DNA of 64,000 bases from Isurus oxyrinchus (Eukaryota), in contig JANJGN010000150.1 of NCBI GenBank assembly GCA_026770705.1, positions 248,001 through 312,000 on the forward strand, given 5' to 3'. The translations under genes were made by a program, and so were the position numbers. Positions 59,795-64,000 of the stretch are shown here, piece by piece. The number at the start of each line of letters is the position of its first letter. Within the stretch, counting starts at the first letter, position 1. Under the pieces are notes generated by a model. It was not told the origin of the DNA, did no database searches, and saw nothing but the letters and a program-made list of their open reading frames with translations.

Positions 59795-60242
59795 TGTGGC
59801 TGTCACTGGTGATGCCAGCATTAATGCCCATCCCTAATTGCCCTTGAGAAGGTGGTGGTGATCAGCCTTCTTGACCCGCTGCAGTCCATGTGGTGTAGGT
59901 ACACCCACAGTGCTGTTAGGGAGGGAGTTCCAGGATTTTGACCCAGTGACAGTGAAGGAACGATGATATATTTCCAAGTCAGGATGGTGAGTGGCTTGGA
60001 GGGGAACTTCCAGGTGGTGGTGTTCCCATGTGTCTGCTGCCCTTGTCCTTCTAGATGGTAGAGGTCGTGGGTTTGGAAGGTGCTGTTGAAGGAGCCTTGC
60101 TGAGTTGCTGCAGTGCATCTTGTAGATGGTACACACACTGCTTCCACTGTGTGTTCGTTGTGGAGGGAGTGAATGTTTAATGTGGTGGATGGGGTGTAGA
60201 TCAATCGGGCTGCTTTGTCCTGGATGGTGTCAAGCTTCTTGA
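59795..60242 (-). mobile_element. LINE 3' fragment
   Basis: CTIYKMHC..FTVTGSKSWNSLP..HHHLLKGN. Confidence 0.85.
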
Positions 60243-60375
60243 TTCTGTGCTTTGTATAGAACTGATTTAAAGAGACAGTCCCAGTCGTTGGTCTAAGATT
60301 ACAGTGGGCTCTGTGTCTGTGCTACACTGACTCTCTGCTATATGATAACCACAGTGTGATATTTTGTTATTACAG

Positions 60376-60457
60376 GAGAAAGACAGCGATGGAGGAGAGA
60401 GTTTCAGGGACCAGTGACATTGCATTGACCCCCAGTCCACTCTCTGTGAAGCACCAG
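60376..60457 (+). CDS. Post-TM cytoplasmic exon (RKTAMEERVSGTSDIALTPSPLSVKHQ)
   Basis: ttattacag acceptor, cag|gtacag donor. 82 bp, phase 2-0, basic start. In phase with the 61906 exon. Confidence 0.6.
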
Positions 60458-61479
60458 GTACAGGAGCTGTTTACACTCATTCCAAAGCTTCAATCTCAGT
60501 GTGTAGACAACACATGTCCCAGATTCCCAGCCCAGTTACCCACTGATTTGTACCTGTGGAGTCAGCAATGGTTCAGTATCATGCTGTCTCTCTGTTATGA
60601 CACAGCAACTGGTAAAGACTGTTGTTTAAAATCCCAGAGGGAAACTTTAAACAACTGTCATAACCTATATTTCCCAGTGGAATGTTTGAGATGCAGCTCT
60701 AAATTCAGGAATAAGACCATCAGTTCTTGAGATGGGTTTATATCAAACTACATGAGACATTTATTAATTTTCACAAGTTAATCATATGCACATGGCTACA
60801 AACTAGTATTATCATAACTATTTAACAAATTCCCAAACTAACGTCCTCTAAGACAACCCATAGACTTTAAGCAGATTCCAAGCGAAGCATTTTCACCTCA
60901 GAAATTCCAAATGAGGTTCCTTTCACTTTGGTTCCTTTGCAGACAGGTGTAGGCTTACAGCTGCTTTGATGTTACAAGCCTCTGCTCTGCACACACAAAA
61001 CTGCTCAAGTTATACCCAGCTCTTCTCTTTGAATGTAAATTCTCATTGTATCATCAGGACCTTTGATCTCCATCTCTTCTAACTATAAATCCCGTTTCAT
61101 AGTATCAATTTTATTAGTAATATAAACATTGATTGGTTTAAGAATTCACTCCCAGGCTTTGAATCCTCCTTTTAAAAATGCAATATGCCTCTTTACCTCT
61201 TTGTTTACATCTCAAAACTACTATACATAAAAGTACCCAGACCGGCTGTCTTTAATCCAATTAAAACACACACACACACACCCACAGAATAAACCTCTGT
61301 TTAAAAAGACAATTTCCAATTACAATACATACATTAATAGATTCATAACGCTCAGTCTCTGACCCTTCATCTCTCTCTCTCTCTCTCATCCTCTCTCTGA
61401 TTACAAGATTCATGTTATTGAGCCTCACACCAGGCACCTGAGTGCAGAATCCAAGCCGACACTGGCCAGAGCCATTACC

Positions 61480-61762
61480 GAGGGAGTGCAAGACTGACAG
61501 AGGGTCAGTACTGAGGGAGTGCTGCACTGTCAGAGGGTCAGTACTGAGGGAGTGCTGCACTGTCAGAGGGTCAGTACTGAGGAAGACCTGTACTGTCGGA
61601 GGGTCAGTACTGAGGGAGTGCTGCACTGCTGGAGGATCAGTACTGAGGGAGCGCTGCACTGTCGGAGGGTCAGTACTGAGGGAGTGCTGCACTGTTGGAT
61701 GGTCAGCATTGAGGAAGTGCTGCACTATCGAAGGGTCAGTACTGAGGGAGCACTGCACTGCC
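61480..61762 (-). repeat. 33-bp satellite
   Basis: Tandem units. Confidence 0.88.
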
Positions 61763-61905
61763 ATAGGTGTTTTCTTTCATAAGACATGTGAGAGAGGGTT
61801 AAACCCACTGACCCACGACTGACACTAACGAGGCTGCAGAATATTTTAACCCTATCAGTGCCAGTAAATGATGTGAGGATGCCTTCTGTTTCCATTTCTC
61901 TGTAG

Positions 61906-62154
61906 GGTAAACAGAACGTGCTGATTACTGAGCCCCGGAACACAACCAGAGACACAACTAGCGAGGGGGAGACCCCAGCTCCCCGGGGTGTCTCTGAATG
62001 TGCAGTGGGAGGCGATGCTGGACATGGGAACCCCGACAATCCCGACGAGTTTCTCTACGCCAATCCCCAAGTCTTCAGGGTGTCCAGTGGTGATGGGTCT
62101 GTCCACAGGGAAGAGCAGACGGAATACGCACAGATCAGATTCAAGAGAAACTGA
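61906..62154 (+). CDS. Siglec-type terminal cytoplasmic exon (FLYANP..TEYAQI), copy 2
   Basis: 61720-62353 is a direct duplicate of 58790-59420. Same length and frame, both Tyr kept. Confidence 0.75.
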   Translation, partial: GKQNVLITEPRNTTRDTTSEGETPAPRGVSECAVGGDAGHGNPDNPDEFLYANPQVFRVSSGDGSVHREEQTEYAQIRFKRN

Positions 62155-62353
62155 GCGTGAAAAAGGCAGAGGTGGTCAGGAGGTTTGTGGATGGTGGCAG
62201 GGATGAAGATTCTTGGGAACATGAGACAACCCACTGGGGGAGAGGGGGAGAGAGGGAGGAAGGGACTGAATGGGTCTGTGGTTGGTGTGGTTTGGAATGA
62301 AATGTTTCCCCAGTGACGACTTGATGCTGAGTCATTGGGGACAGAGATTCAGT

Positions 62354-62533
62354 NNNNNNNNNNNNNNNNNNNNNNNNNNNNNNNNNNNNNNNNNNNNNNN
62401 NNNNNNNNNNNNNNNNNNNNNNNNNNNNNNNNNNNNNNNNNNNNNNNNNNNNNNNNNNNNNNNNNNNNNNNNNNNNNNNNNNNNNNNNNNNNNNNNNNNN
62501 NNNNNNNNNNNNNNNNNNNNNNNNNNNNNNNNN
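62354..62533. other. Assembly gap
   Basis: 180 N. Confidence 1.
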
Positions 62534-63029
62534 ATTAACTGGCTTTGTGAAATCAGCTTTTTGTCACCTGTCCCTAATACCTCATTATGTGTCTCTGAGA
62601 TGGATTTATATGTAGGTAACAATCCCCTGAAGAGATTGGGGACAGTTTGTTACATTAAGTGTGCCATATAAATGCAAGTTGTTGCAGGAAAGTTGATTTG
62701 CCTCGATTCAGAATGGTAATTCGGAGGGTCCATCTACAGGGCGTGTGTGCAACAGCCTCGCAATAAATGCATTGCACGGCAACAACTAAGCATGTCCTTT
62801 GATGCTGATGCATCCCAGTACTGCTGTGTGGACACATCACAACCGAGGGACTGCCTGACTGCGTGCAGCCAACATGGCCGAATAGTAATTAGCAGAAATG
62901 TGATGTCACTGAACTTTGTTGACATTTCAGAAAGTGCTTTCTGAATTCTGCAACTTGTTTATTCTGTGATAGATTACAAGAAGCCTTTGCATTTTCTATA
63001 ATATTACATTTATTGTCACAAGGGATTGA

Positions 63030-64000
63030 AATGCCCAGACACCACCACCTGGAAGTTCGCCTCCAAGACACACATCATCCTGATTTTGAAATATATCGCC
63101 GTCCCTTCACTGCCACTAGGGTCAAAATCTTGGACTTCCTTCTCTAACTGCATTGTGGGTGTACCTACACCACATGGAGTGCAGAGGGTCCGGAAGGCAG
63201 CTCACCACCACCTTCTCAAGGTAATTAGGGATGGGCCATAAATGCTGGCCTAGCCAGTGATGCCCACTTCCCATGGAAGAATGAATATATAAAATATAAA
63301 GTTGGAACAAAATGAATGAAGTTATAGCACAAATAGAGATTAATGGGTACGATAAGATGGACACTGCAGAGAGTTGGTTGCAAAGTGACCAAGGTTGGAA
63401 ATTGAAAATTGAAGGATATTTGGAATCTTTGAAAGGATAGGAAAAATGAAAAGGAGGTGGGGTAGCTCTGTTAATAAAAGATGAGACCTGTAAAGTAGTG
63501 AGAAATGATTTTGGCTCAGATGTCAAGATGCACAGTCAGTTTGGGTGAACATAAGGAATTGCAAGGGAAAGAAATCACTGGTGGGTTGGTTTATACTCCC
63601 CCCTGAATGTAGTTACACTGCAGGGGTAGATTATAAATCAATACATGAGGAGGTTTATGAGAAAGGCACCACAATAATCATGGGAGTTTTCAATCGTCAT
63701 ACAGATTAGACAACTCAAATTAGCAAATGTAGCTTTCAGCGAGATTATACAGATTGTATTCAGGAAAGTATTTTAGAACAATGCAATGTGGAACCAACCA
63801 GGGAAGAGGCTGTTTTAGTCCTGGCAATGTTTAATGAGACAAGACTAATTAACATCTCATTGTAAAGGACCCTCAAGGGAAGAGTCATCATACGGTGTTG
63901 AAATTTAATATTCAAATTAGAAACTTGGTTCTGAAACTAGTGTCATAAACTTATCTAGAGACAATTACAAGGGTTAAAAGCAGAGTCGGCCCAAGTGGAG
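63030..64000 (+). mobile_element. LINE 3' fragment followed by a degenerate CR1 endonuclease region
   Basis: HHHLLK tail to about 63290, then sequence homologous to 16345-17030. Confidence 0.8.

Overview
Repeat-rich vertebrate DNA, most likely a cartilaginous fish (shark), judged from its Deu-domain SINEs, CR1-type LINEs and Penelope-like fragments. There are two N gaps (49342-49532, 62354-62533). I assembled exons by hand from splice signals and intron phase. The window holds a cluster of Siglec-like (CD33/CD22/MAG family) Ig receptor genes and fragments. Gene A (+, 12546-27246) is an apparently intact 463-aa leader-V-C2-C2-TM receptor. It keeps the essential sialic-acid-binding Arg (YFFR) and has a tail with three YxN motifs. 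Gene B (-, runs off the left edge) is a head-to-head near-copy of A whose ATG is mutated to ATA. Gene C (+, 30308-34540) is a tandem paralog that has lost its V exon and ends in an Arg-containing TM with a short tail, i.e. an activating-type partner of A. Gene D (-) is a MAG/sialoadhesin-like leader plus V exon, broken by Gypsy sequence. Orphan ITSM (TEYAQI) tail exons lie at 59 kb and 62 kb. Two inverted copies of a small three-exon secreted-peptide gene (40161-42174 -, 54894-57003 +) have hepcidin-like architecture and a GGCGCC/C-EBP/TATA promoter, but carry TGA at the furin site and lack the 8-Cys core. The rest is Gypsy remnants, a near-full CR1, a solo LTR, SINEs, minimal hammerhead motifs and several satellites. 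Most long entries in the ORF track are satellite artefacts. All gene models are manual and untested.
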